Shown one piece after another: positions 1-10,348 of a DNA stretch of 64,000 bases. This DNA comes from an uncultured Thermoplasmata archaeon. Lineage in GTDB: Archaea; Thermoplasmatota; Thermoplasmata; UBA10834. The position numbers and the translations under genes are program-made. The notes under the pieces were generated by a model. It saw only the letters and a list, made by a program, of their open reading frames with translations, searched no databases and was not told the DNA's origin. Within the stretch, counting starts at the first letter, position 1; each line of letters begins with the position of its first letter. The stretch spans positions 97,082 through 161,081 of the forward strand of contig CAVVJQ010000003.1 in assembly GCA_963748615.1 (NCBI GenBank). The letters run 5' to 3'.

Positions 1-364
1 CGAGGACATGATAGGGCGGCTAGGTCTAGAATTGGAGATAAACCTGGTGAAAGCCCCGAGCATCACGTTCAGCGACCATTCATCTTTCTGGGAGGCAGAC
101 TTTCCGAGCATGCTTGTGACCGAGGAAGTCAGCGAATATACCATGATTCCCGTCAATCCATACTACCATACTTCACTTGATACACTAGGTACGCTTTCTG
201 AGGAACAGATAGAAGTGACCACTCAAGCCCTTTTGAGCAGTATAATCTGGTTATCGGCCGAAGAAAACGGTGACTCATCAATAATATTAGGGATTGTAAT
301 AATAACCGTGCCCGCCATTGCGATCATGATGTTCTTCGCGATGCGGAGGAGAAGAGAGAAGTGA
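1..364 (+). CDS. M28-family metallopeptidase, C-terminal part with membrane anchor (5' end outside window)
   Basis: Frame is open back to the window edge. Contains SDHSSF and YHTSLDT motifs typical of M28 peptidases, then a hydrophobic helix and basic tail (RRRREK). Confidence 0.75.
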   Translation, partial: EDMIGRLGLELEINLVKAPSITFSDHSSFWEADFPSMLVTEEVSEYTMIPVNPYYHTSLDTLGTLSEEQIEVTTQALLSSIIWLSAEENGDSSIILGIVIITVPAIAIMMFFAMRRRREK

Positions 365-369
365 TACAT

Positions 370-825
370 ATGATGGACAAAGAAAACCACGAACGTAGGC
401 GTGAATATCCCGATGCCCCATTGATAGGAGTGGGCACAGTCACAATCAAAGATGGCAAAATATTGTTGATAAAGCGAGCTTTCGACCCTGGAGCAGGCAA
501 ATGGAGCATACCAGGTGGACTTGTAGAGGTCGGAGAGAAACTCTCAGAGGCCGCAGTGAGAGAGACCGAGGAAGAGACAGGAATCAAGGTCGAGGTTCTC
601 GAACTTATCAATGTGTTCGACATGATAGATAGAGACGATTCGGGTAAGATCAAGTTCCATTTCGTCCTAGTGGATTTCCTTTCAAAGCCAATCAGCGGGG
701 AGGCGCGGCTGAGCGTTGAGGTCCAGGAAATAAAATGGGCCACCTATGAAGATGCAAAGAAGATGGACCTGACCAGGACCGCGAGGAAGGCACTCGAAGA
801 ACTCTTCGGAGGAATAGTGGGCTAA
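370..825 (+). CDS. NUDIX hydrolase (ADP-ribose pyrophosphatase-like)
   Basis: Nudix box GGLVEVGEKLSEAAVRETEEETG; ATG at 370 directly follows the upstream stop. Confidence 0.92.
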   Translation: MMDKENHERRREYPDAPLIGVGTVTIKDGKILLIKRAFDPGAGKWSIPGGLVEVGEKLSEAAVRETEEETGIKVEVLELINVFDMIDRDDSGKIKFHFVLVDFLSKPISGEARLSVEVQEIKWATYEDAKKMDLTRTARKALEELFGGIVG

Positions 826-3107
826 GTCCTGCCAGGCGGCATAAAGGTCGGGAATGACACGACCGTCCCCGGCTGTAGGGTCTTATTGACATTCGTGGTC
901 TTCAGGACCATCACAGGCACATCCACCGACCGTATGATCCTATCGTATGCAGTCCCGAACAGAGTCTTCTCAATGGCAGTCTGTGCACCTGCGCCCATCA
1001 CCAACAGGTCGCATTTCTCAGCTGCCAGGAGCACTGCATTGACACGCGATTTCGAGCGGACGACATGGACCTCATGAGACACATTGACCCTAGTGCACAT
1101 CTTGCTAAGCCTATTCGCATTGCCCTTGGCAAGTTCGACTTGCTTGTCATCCGTTATCACTGAGAGGATGTCAATCGATGCGCCATATTCCTTCGCGAGT
1201 GGCAGTGCAAGGAGAAGTGCCTTCCTTGTTTCATAGTATTTACCCGAGACAAGGAGTATCTTCTCTATGTTCTTGCTCAGCCTCTTGGTCTTGATGATTG
1301 CCACATCGCAAGGTGCCCGACGCACCACCTCATCGAGATTCCTACCCAATATGGTCCTTCCGCGTCTGCGGGTGCCTTTCCAGCCCAGGACAAGTAGGTT
1401 GGCAGCATCGTGTTTTATCTGGTCGACAATCGCCCCTGGCACGTAATACGATACTGAGACCACAGGACGGATCCTCACAGTAGAGGGCGCAACCTTGATG
1501 GCTTTCTTCAACCCCTGGGCAATTTCATCGACATAGTCCCTGCTGATGGCCTCTAAGGGCATCGCTCGAGGGACTTCGACCACAGTGTTCACGGTCAATT
1601 CACCCTTGAAATACCGCGCAATCACACCTGCAGTCTCCACGAGCCTGAGGTCTCCAAGGTCTCCGAGCGCGAGGAAGACTCTGTACCGTTCGATCTGGTC
1701 CTTCTGGAGAGGCTTGGCCGGGACCCTCTTCCTCTCGACGATCGACTGGAATTCCTCGGCGGGCTTTGCGAAGACGGATAGCGCGAGGCCCGCTCCCAGC
1801 CAAATGAGTGTGATATACCAGGCCATCGGCATGAAGTTGAACATATACACGGCAATCGCGAGGCTGCTGATAATCCCGACAACCGGGAAGAGCGGGAAGA
1901 AAGGGGTCTTGAACCCAATATCAATCTTCGTGAGCCGGCGTCTCAATTTGATGGAAGCCGCGTTCGCGAAAGTGAAAAGAAGAAGGAACATGATCGATGT
2001 CGATGCGACCACCACCTCAAGCGGGAAGAATAACGCCATGAACAACATTATCAATCCAGTTATCGCAATGGCGTTGTGAGGGACGCGCCTCGTCTTGTGA
2101 ACTGCCCCGAAGACCTTTGGCAAGGAGCTATCCCTGCCCATGGCAAAGCTGACTCTGGATGATGAGAAGACGGTTGCATTAAGCGCCGCCATCGCGGACA
2201 GCACGCCCCCAAATATGACCAATGGAGCGCCCAAGTACGGAATCACACGCTCAGCGGTCGCGATGACAGCATTCTCGCCTTGCTCACCAATCCATTCCGG
2301 AGAGAAATTCACAAGGCACGCGAATGCGACCAAGAGGTACAACACAGCCGCAACGAGGACGGATATGAAAATCGCACGAGGTATGTTCCTCTTCGGATCC
2401 TTCACTTCTTCACCGCATTGGACTATTATCTCGTAGCCTTCGAAGGCGATGAATGTGAATCCCATCACCATGAAGATGCGAGTGAAATCATCCGGGAAGA
2501 TCGAATCGAAGCTCTTGAGCATGTAGATGCCAGATATATCAAGGGCGAACAGCACTGAGAACGTAACAAAGAATGCGACAATCATTATCTGAATCAGGGT
2601 GATCATGGCACCAGCTTTGCCAGTAGCACCCACACCAGCATAGTTCACCCCAACGAAGGATATTATCGCGAGAACAGCGAATAGTTTCACGATCATATCA
2701 TTCGTTAGTCCGAAGAAATCGACGCCGAAGTATCCCGCGAATGCCACCATCGCATAGCCCAAGCCCAATGCATAGTAGCTGCAAGCTACAGTATGGCCGA
2801 ACCAAGACATCCACCCAGAAAGAAACGCCGCTGGATGTCTCAACCCCTTCTTCGCCCATAGATACCCTCCACCAGCTTCTGGAAATGTGGAACCTAGCTC
2901 AGCATATGTCCCTGCTGTGAATACTGTCGCTAACGCATTGAGTACGAAGACGAGCAGCACAGCTGCTCCGACCTCTCTTGTGGTGACCCCTATGAGGACG
3001 AATATGCTGGTGCCAATCATGGCACCAATGCCGATCATCGTCACATCGAAAAGGCCTAGGTCGCGCCTCAGAGTGACCGTAACAGACGGATTGCCTGCGC
3101 TTGGCAT
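822..3107 (-). CDS. APC-family amino acid permease fused to two universal stress protein domains
   Basis: GAMIGTSIF, ELGSTFPEAGGGY and FIAFEGYE motifs with ~12 TM helices; two C-terminal USP-like domains (LLVLGWKG...VVRRAPCDVAII; LLVMGA...IIRSVDVPVMVL). Confidence 0.9.
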   Translation of the reverse strand: MPSAGNPSVTVTLRRDLGLFDVTMIGIGAMIGTSIFVLIGVTTREVGAAVLLVFVLNALATVFTAGTYAELGSTFPEAGGGYLWAKKGLRHPAAFLSGWMSWFGHTVACSYYALGLGYAMVAFAGYFGVDFFGLTNDMIVKLFAVLAIISFVGVNYAGVGATGKAGAMITLIQIMIVAFFVTFSVLFALDISGIYMLKSFDSIFPDDFTRIFMVMGFTFIAFEGYEIIVQCGEEVKDPKRNIPRAIFISVLVAAVLYLLVAFACLVNFSPEWIGEQGENAVIATAERVIPYLGAPLVIFGGVLSAMAALNATVFSSSRVSFAMGRDSSLPKVFGAVHKTRRVPHNAIAITGLIMLFMALFFPLEVVVASTSIMFLLLFTFANAASIKLRRRLTKIDIGFKTPFFPLFPVVGIISSLAIAVYMFNFMPMAWYITLIWLGAGLALSVFAKPAEEFQSIVERKRVPAKPLQKDQIERYRVFLALGDLGDLRLVETAGVIARYFKGELTVNTVVEVPRAMPLEAISRDYVDEIAQGLKKAIKVAPSTVRIRPVVSVSYYVPGAIVDQIKHDAANLLVLGWKGTRRRGRTILGRNLDEVVRRAPCDVAIIKTKRLSKNIEKILLVSGKYYETRKALLLALPLAKEYGASIDILSVITDDKQVELAKGNANRLSKMCTRVNVSHEVHVVRSKSRVNAVLLAAEKCDLLVMGAGAQTAIEKTLFGTAYDRIIRSVDVPVMVLKTTNVNKTLQPGTVVSFPTFMPPGRT

Positions 3108-3294
3108 TTTGGATTCTTGAGATTAGACAGGCAGTGTATAAGCCTTTGCGATAAGCGCTTAATCGACACAGGTGGAAAAGGCGTCGTCTCCAACGGATCA
3201 GCACGATCATTAATACGCACCTGGCCATTTCGAAAAGACTCTCGTTTCCAAGGTATAAGTTTATATGCAACCGAATCATGCACATATTTGTCCA

Positions 3295-4986
3295 ATGGCT
3301 AACCTCCTCTTCCAAAACCTCAGCGAGAGCATCATCGACGAGATACTGAGCTGGGACCCCGCCTACGCCACTCAATTAGGATGGCATAGATACGACCACG
3401 AAGTCAAAGCAGTCAACCAAGGAATATTCTCTCAACAGACGAAAAGGCTACGCCAACTCATATCCGAGCTAGAAAGGTTCGACAACACCTCGATCTCTCC
3501 AAGCGAACGCCTGGACAAGGATCTGGCGAAGTATCTGTTCGAGATAAGGATATTCGAGATAGAGAAGTTGAGAATGCACGAACATATGTCCATGGTACCT
3601 GACGAGGTATGCAATTCGCTCTTCTTCCTGTTCGTGCGGGATGATATCCCCTTCGAGAAGCGTTTTGAGGCGATTGCTTCACGGCTTGAGAAATTTCCTC
3701 GATTTATCGAGCAATCGAAATCGATCCTCAAAGACCCATTTAAGATCTGCAATGAAGTGTCTCTCGAGACCTGTATGACGCTATCAACGTTCCTCGATGA
3801 GATCGTTATGATAGCGAAGAAGGTCGCAAAGGATGAGGGAATCGTTGCCAGATTGGAGCGTGCTGTCGATATATGTAACCAGGCGATTGAAGGCTACAAT
3901 CAATGGTTGAAAGATGATGTGATACCACAATCACATGAAGGCTCGATATTGACAGAAGAGGAGTTCCAGGAGTATCTAGAACTCAGAAGCTACGGAGTGA
4001 CCGTCGATGAGGCATTGGAAGTTGCTGATGCCTATTTCCAGATCGTCAAGAGGGAGATGGCGGAAATCTCGGCGGAGATTGTAGACACTTCAGATCCGAT
4101 CGATGCCAGAAACAAGATGCGGTCGAATCATCCAAAGAACTTCGAAGAAGTATTGAAGGCGTATAGAAAGGAGATTGAACGATCACGCCTATTCGTTTTA
4201 GAGAATGATATCGCTACAATTCCTGAGGGGGAGAAACTGCTAGTCATTGAGACTCCCATCTTCATGAGGCACACCGCACCGTTTGCAGCACAATACGAGC
4301 CGGCCAAGTTTTCAACTGACATGAAAGGGTTGTTCCTGGTAACACCGGATGATGATCCAGAACATCTGAAAGACCACGCCTTCGGGACCATCGCGAACAC
4401 TGCAGTCCACGAGGGATATCCAGGACATCACTTGCAGGGGATAGTCGCCAACGCCAACCCATCATACCTGAGGGCTCTGAGCGCATCCATGGATTTCGCC
4501 GAGGGCTGGGCACTCTACTGTGAAGAGATGATGATGGTCCAGGGGTTCAGCAGCACGCCGATCGAGAGACTAGCACAGCTGAACGATCTGATGTTTAGAA
4601 TCGTGAGGGTAATCGCTGATGTGAAGCTATCGACGGGAAGGACGACGACAGAGGAGGTGACCGACTTGCTCGTGAGGGAGGTCGGCCTTCATCGGAAGGC
4701 AGCGATGAACGACGTCCGCACTTACGCGATAACCCCGACATACTATCTATCATACTTCATAGGCAAACTGAACATCCTCCAGCTCAGGGATGATGTGAAG
4801 GAGCTCATGGGAGACAAATTCACACTCAGGTTCTTCCATGACACACTACTGCGCTCAGGGGCTCTGCCGATGAAATTCATGAGACGTTCCATGGCGATCA
4901 GACTCCGCGAAGAGTATGGGATTGAACTCGGTGAACCAAAGGAGTCGCTGTACGAATATGCCATGAGGAATGCTCGACGGAGCTGA
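3295..4986 (+). CDS. DUF885-family protein (zincin-like putative metallopeptidase)
   Basis: HEGYPGHHLQ, FAEGWALYCE and YLSYFIG motifs. A TATA-like TTTATAT at ~3260 favours the ATG at 3295. Confidence 0.88.
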   Translation: MANLLFQNLSESIIDEILSWDPAYATQLGWHRYDHEVKAVNQGIFSQQTKRLRQLISELERFDNTSISPSERLDKDLAKYLFEIRIFEIEKLRMHEHMSMVPDEVCNSLFFLFVRDDIPFEKRFEAIASRLEKFPRFIEQSKSILKDPFKICNEVSLETCMTLSTFLDEIVMIAKKVAKDEGIVARLERAVDICNQAIEGYNQWLKDDVIPQSHEGSILTEEEFQEYLELRSYGVTVDEALEVADAYFQIVKREMAEISAEIVDTSDPIDARNKMRSNHPKNFEEVLKAYRKEIERSRLFVLENDIATIPEGEKLLVIETPIFMRHTAPFAAQYEPAKFSTDMKGLFLVTPDDDPEHLKDHAFGTIANTAVHEGYPGHHLQGIVANANPSYLRALSASMDFAEGWALYCEEMMMVQGFSSTPIERLAQLNDLMFRIVRVIADVKLSTGRTTTEEVTDLLVREVGLHRKAAMNDVRTYAITPTYYLSYFIGKLNILQLRDDVKELMGDKFTLRFFHDTLLRSGALPMKFMRRSMAIRLREEYGIELGEPKESLYEYAMRNARRS

Positions 4987-4996
4987 TCGCACTATT

Positions 4997-7900
4997 TCAG
5001 GATCCCTTGTCGAGGATGTCGACCCATTCCGCTTCTCCGATCTCTTCCTCGGCCTGCCAGGAACCGGGCTTGAACTCGTTTGACATGAATGTCTGCAGCA
5101 TCTCCTGCACGCCCTTGAGCGACTTCATCGTTCCGTTCCAGCGAATGATCCTATCGGCAAACCTCTCCTCGATGTCACGGAGCAGCATCGCAAGGGATGT
5201 GAAGATCTCCTTTCGTGGCCAACCCGAGTAGATCATGGCGATGTACACGGACTTCCCCTTCTCGATGATGACGCTCTTGTCGCCGATCTCGAGCTTCTTC
5301 AGCCCTACTTCACCTTGTTGGAAAGAATCACGCACGAATTCCTGAACAGCAGTGAACATTGCGCTCACCACATCATTGTCCATGTTCGTGTTTTCCTCCT
5401 CTGTTACATGGGCAATAAGTCTGCCATCATTGTGAATCAGGAAGAGGTTCTCAAGAGAGTATGGCCTTGGCATCCTCATTGCAGCGAAGTAGCTCGCGAT
5501 TCCAGCAGCCAGCAACACCAACGGGAAAGTGTACGGCCATCCAATCGTCTCGGCCATGGTCTTAGTCACGCCGACATTGAAGCTGACCTTATTCGATGTC
5601 GCGCCGTCTTCGTCTGTAGCTTGAAGAGTGATCGTGATGACGTCCACGTCATCTGGCAGACTAACGTAGAGGTAATTTCCGACGACGCTCACGTGCAAAT
5701 CAGGGGTTGCCGATATCAAGAGCGAACTGTACGGCGTCTCACTGTCGATGAAGAATTGGCAGATGATGTAATGGGAGTTCCTTGGCCAACCCTTGAACAC
5801 GAAATCATGAATCGGTAGGATGATCGGCGCATCATTAACTGGCGTCACTGAGACCATGACAATCCACGAAGCCCAGGCGCCGTGGGAGTCCATGGCTACG
5901 AATCCGAGGATTTCGTTGCCAGACCAGTTGACCTCGGCCGTGAAGTTGACCACTCCATTAGCATATATCGTGGCGTGTATGTTAGGAGCCGCACTCTCAT
6001 AGACGACCCTGTACGACAGGTCAGTGTCATCGACATCATAGAATAGCAGATTCAAATTCAGGGAATCATTGAGATAGGTATCCTCCGGAAATGAGAGGAG
6101 TGTTGGATAGGGAATTGGGTACGTGACCATTGGAGGATAGTTGTCGCTCACGACCACGCTGAAGTTCAGTATCGCGGATGCATGTTCAGGATCAGTGACG
6201 GTCATGCAGACATTTACGATATAGGGGCTCGTGAACGCCCCACCGCTAAGGTTTGCAGGGAAGAGCAGTTCAATCATTCCATCGGAATAGCTTGCATATG
6301 AACTGTCGAATGAGAAGGTCAGCTCCTCCAAGGTGTGATCAGGATCAGTGACGTACGTGTTCGCATCTATCGAGGCCGTCACATCGTAATGCACGTGAAC
6401 ATCATCAATAGGATCGATCGATGGAGCGTCGTTCACCGCAATGACCGTCACAATGATCGTATCTGTCTTGAAGGCCCCTGTCGGGTCCATCGCTGTTAGG
6501 GTACCCTCCGTGACTCCAGACCATTCGAACGGGGCGGATACGTAGACTTCGTGTGTTTCCTGACCTATGGATATCACGATGTTCTCGAAGCCGGACTGAT
6601 AGACGAGATAATCTTCGGGATCCTGGTCGAAGAAGAAGTCATCCAAATCAAAGGCATAGACATTGAGATCGCCCTCGTTCAATTCTATGTCTGGCAACGT
6701 GTCGTTCAGAGACGGTGGCGTATCGTCCGTCACCCATATGACGACATTGAGATAATCGGAATTGGTCGAATCCGATAGCTCGGCAGTGGAAGCATCAGTC
6801 AGAGTGATTGTGACGATTTCGAAGTAGCTATTTGTCCCATCCTTTTCCAGAAAGAGGAATGTTGAGATCAGATGGTCGAAAAGAACATCACCATAGTTTG
6901 AAGATTCGGCGAACATCAACAGGTCGCCCTTTGGGTTGTCGACATCTGTTACGTAGTAGCTGTAGTCGATAGCGTATGGAGTTGAGAACTTGACATAAAT
7001 CTCGGTCGGTGGACTGTGGACGAAACGAGGTCTGTCGTTCACTGGCTGGATGCTCACCATTATATCCTGATAGGTGGAAAACCCGTCAGGATCCCTTACC
7101 CAGAGTCTGAAAGTATCTGAGCCATACTTGTCAGATTGCGTATAGAACTTCACCAGGGCCTCAGATGATGGGTCGTGCGTGACCAAATAGAGCGAAGTAT
7201 TGACATCCTCTGCAAACCACTTCAGATTCGCTGTGCCGTTGGTGTGATGCCAATATGAAGTCAGACTCAGGGTCCACGTGCTATCTTCAGTTGCAATCTG
7301 GGTCGGTATGGTACTGAGCCTCGGACCATTGAGCGCGTTCGTGACTGTCACATTTATCGAGGTGCGTATGGAACCATACCTGACCTCGATCGCCCCTGAT
7401 TCCGGTATGTACCCGGCAGTGTAGGTAGCGGTGGTCCCGCTACCAACTATCATTCCCGAGGTGTTGGTACTCCAGGTGGCACCTGGCATACTGACAATGT
7501 TGCCGTATGAATCATAGCCCGTTGCCAGAAATACTTGACTCTGACCTTCTGGAATCGATAATGGTCCGCTTGGAGACAATGCAATCCACACTAGGCTTCC
7601 CGCGATAACCGTGATATCCACATTCACATATCTGCTGGTTACAGGGTCAGTGCAGTTGATTCCACCAACACCATCATCCAATGCGACGAAGGAGATGGTC
7701 ATCCCCGTGCCAGAAATCGTCCCAACGCCGCCAAACACAGACCAGGAAGGCGACCAGGAAGTGTTCTCGTTCCCGAGCGAGTCCAGTCCGACAACTGTGA
7801 AAGACACTATCGATCCTGAGAGAAGGGAGGTGAAGGGACCCGCTGGATCAATGGACATCGTACTGATGGGACCACTCCACACGTGAATCTCTGTACTATA

Positions 7901-9223
7901 GCCGAAATGGGAGTTCGAGGATGCGATAAGGATTATCATCTCTTCAGCAGCGTCGTAGGACTGGTTCTCGACCGAGATGATACCATTCTCCGTCCCATCG
8001 AATTCAATTGTTGTGACATTCAGTGATCCAGAAGAGGGTGTCATCGTCTCTGAATAGACGGACGAGATATCGACTGTGCCTCTCCAATTAGGAACAATCT
8101 CTCCGGCCGAATCCAGTGCGGTGATAGTCATTTCGAATTCCTCACCAGTGGTGATATTTGGCGGAGCCAGGACTTCAAAATGATCTGCTGTGACCACGGA
8201 GATCGAAGTTGTCAACCAGGTCGGAGTGCCCAATGCGTCATAGCCATACGCAGTCAAATCGAAGGTTCCGTTGCACAAACGATCGAGAGTGGTCGAGAAC
8301 AGCTTCCAGGAGGGGTTAGAGGACGAGTCCTGCGAAACCAGGGTCAAAGGAGCCGATGGGATGCACACCGTCCCGTTCCCGGAATATGCGACTTCGAGAT
8401 AGGATTCGTGGATATCATATGCTCCAAACGGGTTCGATACGTTCGCGTATACTGTGATCTCCTCGGTGTCAGCGAATACGGTCCTGGGTGCTCCAGATTC
8501 ATCTTCCGTCCATACATCATCGACGCTGATGAAGTCCACGGTCGGAACGATCAGATATGAATCGAATGCATTGCTATCATAGAGTATCATCAGACCATCA
8601 TTAATCGAATCCCCTCTCATGATGGTCAACACGAGAGAGTGGCCGCTCGACAGCACATAATCTATTCCTGGGATGCTGAGATTGTATGCTTTCCATGCCC
8701 AATATAGAGGACCCGTTAGCGCGATCGAGGCACTTCCCACGACGGTCCATGAGCTTGGGCTATAGAATGTGGATGGAGCCATGTCAGATAGCGTAATGGT
8801 CATAATCGATCCCGATTCGTTATCCCTGGATGCCGCCCAGATGTGGGCCGAGATATCGCCCTGGATGTCCACGTCGGAGTTCACAGGTGGGGAAAGCACC
8901 CAGAAATGCCTCCAACGCTGAGATGGGAGGTTCTTCTTGATTGTGATCCCGAGCAATCCATCAGAATCGTAGTCGAGGTTGCTGGGATTCTGAGGAGCAG
9001 AGGTGTTCAGCCAATCATAGTCTCCCGAGGAAACAGGAGTTCCTTCATGCATGCGCAGCAAATGGTTCCAGGAGGTCAGGGAATCTGCAGAGACGCTGAT
9101 GGGGTCGTCCCCAATCATAAGAAGGACTGGACCAGATATCATCAGTATTGCAAGAAGCACTGCAAGTGAGCCGCTCAGAATGCGAGCATGACGACTGCAA
9201 CCTCCTGCAGGAACTTCCTTCAT
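4997..9223 (-). CDS. Large cell-surface protein with Ig/cadherin-like repeats, a C-terminal TM helix and a cytoplasmic longin/roadblock-like domain
   Basis: N-terminal hydrophobic signal; S/T/D-rich beta repeats with VNDRP, DDTPP, VNDAP, DNYPP, VNDAP linkers; TM YTFPLVLLAAGIASYFAAM; then ~150 aa starting LFLIHNDGRLIAH...SAMFTAVQEFVRDSF. Confidence 0.85.
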   Translation of the reverse strand: MKEVPAGGCSRHARILSGSLAVLLAILMISGPVLLMIGDDPISVSADSLTSWNHLLRMHEGTPVSSGDYDWLNTSAPQNPSNLDYDSDGLLGITIKKNLPSQRWRHFWVLSPPVNSDVDIQGDISAHIWAASRDNESGSIMTITLSDMAPSTFYSPSSWTVVGSASIALTGPLYWAWKAYNLSIPGIDYVLSSGHSLVLTIMRGDSINDGLMILYDSNAFDSYLIVPTVDFISVDDVWTEDESGAPRTVFADTEEITVYANVSNPFGAYDIHESYLEVAYSGNGTVCIPSAPLTLVSQDSSSNPSWKLFSTTLDRLCNGTFDLTAYGYDALGTPTWLTTSISVVTADHFEVLAPPNITTGEEFEMTITALDSAGEIVPNWRGTVDISSVYSETMTPSSGSLNVTTIEFDGTENGIISVENQSYDAAEEMIILIASSNSHFGYSTEIHVWSGPISTMSIDPAGPFTSLLSGSIVSFTVVGLDSLGNENTSWSPSWSVFGGVGTISGTGMTISFVALDDGVGGINCTDPVTSRYVNVDITVIAGSLVWIALSPSGPLSIPEGQSQVFLATGYDSYGNIVSMPGATWSTNTSGMIVGSGTTATYTAGYIPESGAIEVRYGSIRTSINVTVTNALNGPRLSTIPTQIATEDSTWTLSLTSYWHHTNGTANLKWFAEDVNTSLYLVTHDPSSEALVKFYTQSDKYGSDTFRLWVRDPDGFSTYQDIMVSIQPVNDRPRFVHSPPTEIYVKFSTPYAIDYSYYVTDVDNPKGDLLMFAESSNYGDVLFDHLISTFLFLEKDGTNSYFEIVTITLTDASTAELSDSTNSDYLNVVIWVTDDTPPSLNDTLPDIELNEGDLNVYAFDLDDFFFDQDPEDYLVYQSGFENIVISIGQETHEVYVSAPFEWSGVTEGTLTAMDPTGAFKTDTIIVTVIAVNDAPSIDPIDDVHVHYDVTASIDANTYVTDPDHTLEELTFSFDSSYASYSDGMIELLFPANLSGGAFTSPYIVNVCMTVTDPEHASAILNFSVVVSDNYPPMVTYPIPYPTLLSFPEDTYLNDSLNLNLLFYDVDDTDLSYRVVYESAAPNIHATIYANGVVNFTAEVNWSGNEILGFVAMDSHGAWASWIVMVSVTPVNDAPIILPIHDFVFKGWPRNSHYIICQFFIDSETPYSSLLISATPDLHVSVVGNYLYVSLPDDVDVITITLQATDEDGATSNKVSFNVGVTKTMAETIGWPYTFPLVLLAAGIASYFAAMRMPRPYSLENLFLIHNDGRLIAHVTEEENTNMDNDVVSAMFTAVQEFVRDSFQQGEVGLKKLEIGDKSVIIEKGKSVYIAMIYSGWPRKEIFTSLAMLLRDIEERFADRIIRWNGTMKSLKGVQEMLQTFMSNEFKPGSWQAEEEIGEAEWVDILDKGS

Positions 9224-9325
9224 GAACTTAAGCCGCCCCTTGACACTTTGCAGGATTTCATAGCCGGCGCTGGGCTTATAAGGGTTATTAATTCGTTATC
9301 ATGGTTGGTAATGGACAACTGGCTA

Positions 9326-9871
9326 CTACCTGGAACCCATCTTCTCTGAGACCGCGAGACCGAGAGCCTTGAAGACATCCTCGACTCCCTGGCCAGTCTT
9401 CGCACTGGTCATGAACGACTTGGCCTTGTATTTCGATGCCAATTCCTGGAGTTCCTCGTCCTTGATTACCCGCTCATTCTCGAGATCTGCCTTGTTTCCC
9501 GCGAACACTATCGGCACATCACCCGCGACATCCGTCAGGGCCTTTATCCAATATCTGAGTTCCTCGAGGGTCTCCTTGTTCGTCAGGTCACAGACCGCGA
9601 TCGCCCCGTGCGCCCCGAAAAAGTATGCTTCGCGCAGGAGTTCGCGGAACCCTTTCTGACCCATGATATCCCAAATGAGCATCATGACCTTCACGTTGGT
9701 TCCCTGGTCACTGACCTCAACTATCTTCTTCGTGACCTTGGTCCCAATGGTTGCGATATACCTGTCGTCGAAGACGTCGAGAACAAATCTCTTGATAAGG
9801 CTGGTCTTACCTACGCCTGCGTCTCCAATGAAGCAAATCTTAACTTTCATGAGGTCATCATCGTTCATCAA
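9326..9871 (-). CDS. Rab-like small GTPase (Ras superfamily)
   Basis: G1 GDAGVGKT, G2 YIATIG, G3 WDIMGQ, G4 NKAD, G5 SAKTG; 181 aa; no C-terminal Cys. Confidence 0.95.
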   Translation of the reverse strand: MMNDDDLMKVKICFIGDAGVGKTSLIKRFVLDVFDDRYIATIGTKVTKKIVEVSDQGTNVKVMMLIWDIMGQKGFRELLREAYFFGAHGAIAVCDLTNKETLEELRYWIKALTDVAGDVPIVFAGNKADLENERVIKDEELQELASKYKAKSFMTSAKTGQGVEDVFKALGLAVSEKMGSR

Positions 9872-10348
9872 GTACCCTCCGAGAGTGGTTTATGAACTGT
9901 CTGTTTAGGTAAATAACCTATACCCCTCTTAAGCCTTTGGTAAATCGCTGGCACCTGTACATTTCCGGTCGCGGCGTTAGTATGGCGGCAATCAACATTG
10001 ATAGTCAATGGCCTACCGACTGACATCAGCAAATGTCTGTAGCAACGCATCTAGGCGAGAGAGGGATGGCTTGTGACAACTCCGATGGATGAAGAAATCC
10101 GATCAGGAGCGTCAAGGGTCAGGTGTAAAAGCTCGTGAACAGTCTCATTCGAGACCACACCGTCCCCTTCAACAATGATCTAGCGGACCCATCAATGACT
10201 GATAACGGATTTGCAGCGTTTTGCATTGCACAGGAATACAACTAAAATCATTCTGATAATTAGTGAATAGCTCTTTTTCTCACACATCATCTTCATGCAT
10301 CATGACGTGAACGATGGCTTTTTCAACCATTGCGCTAGTCATGCAATC

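Noticed and set aside
9920-10300. Gene or ncRNA in the gap between the GTPase and the asparagine-synthase-like gene
   Set aside because: Only short motif-less ORFs and no convincing structure were seen.
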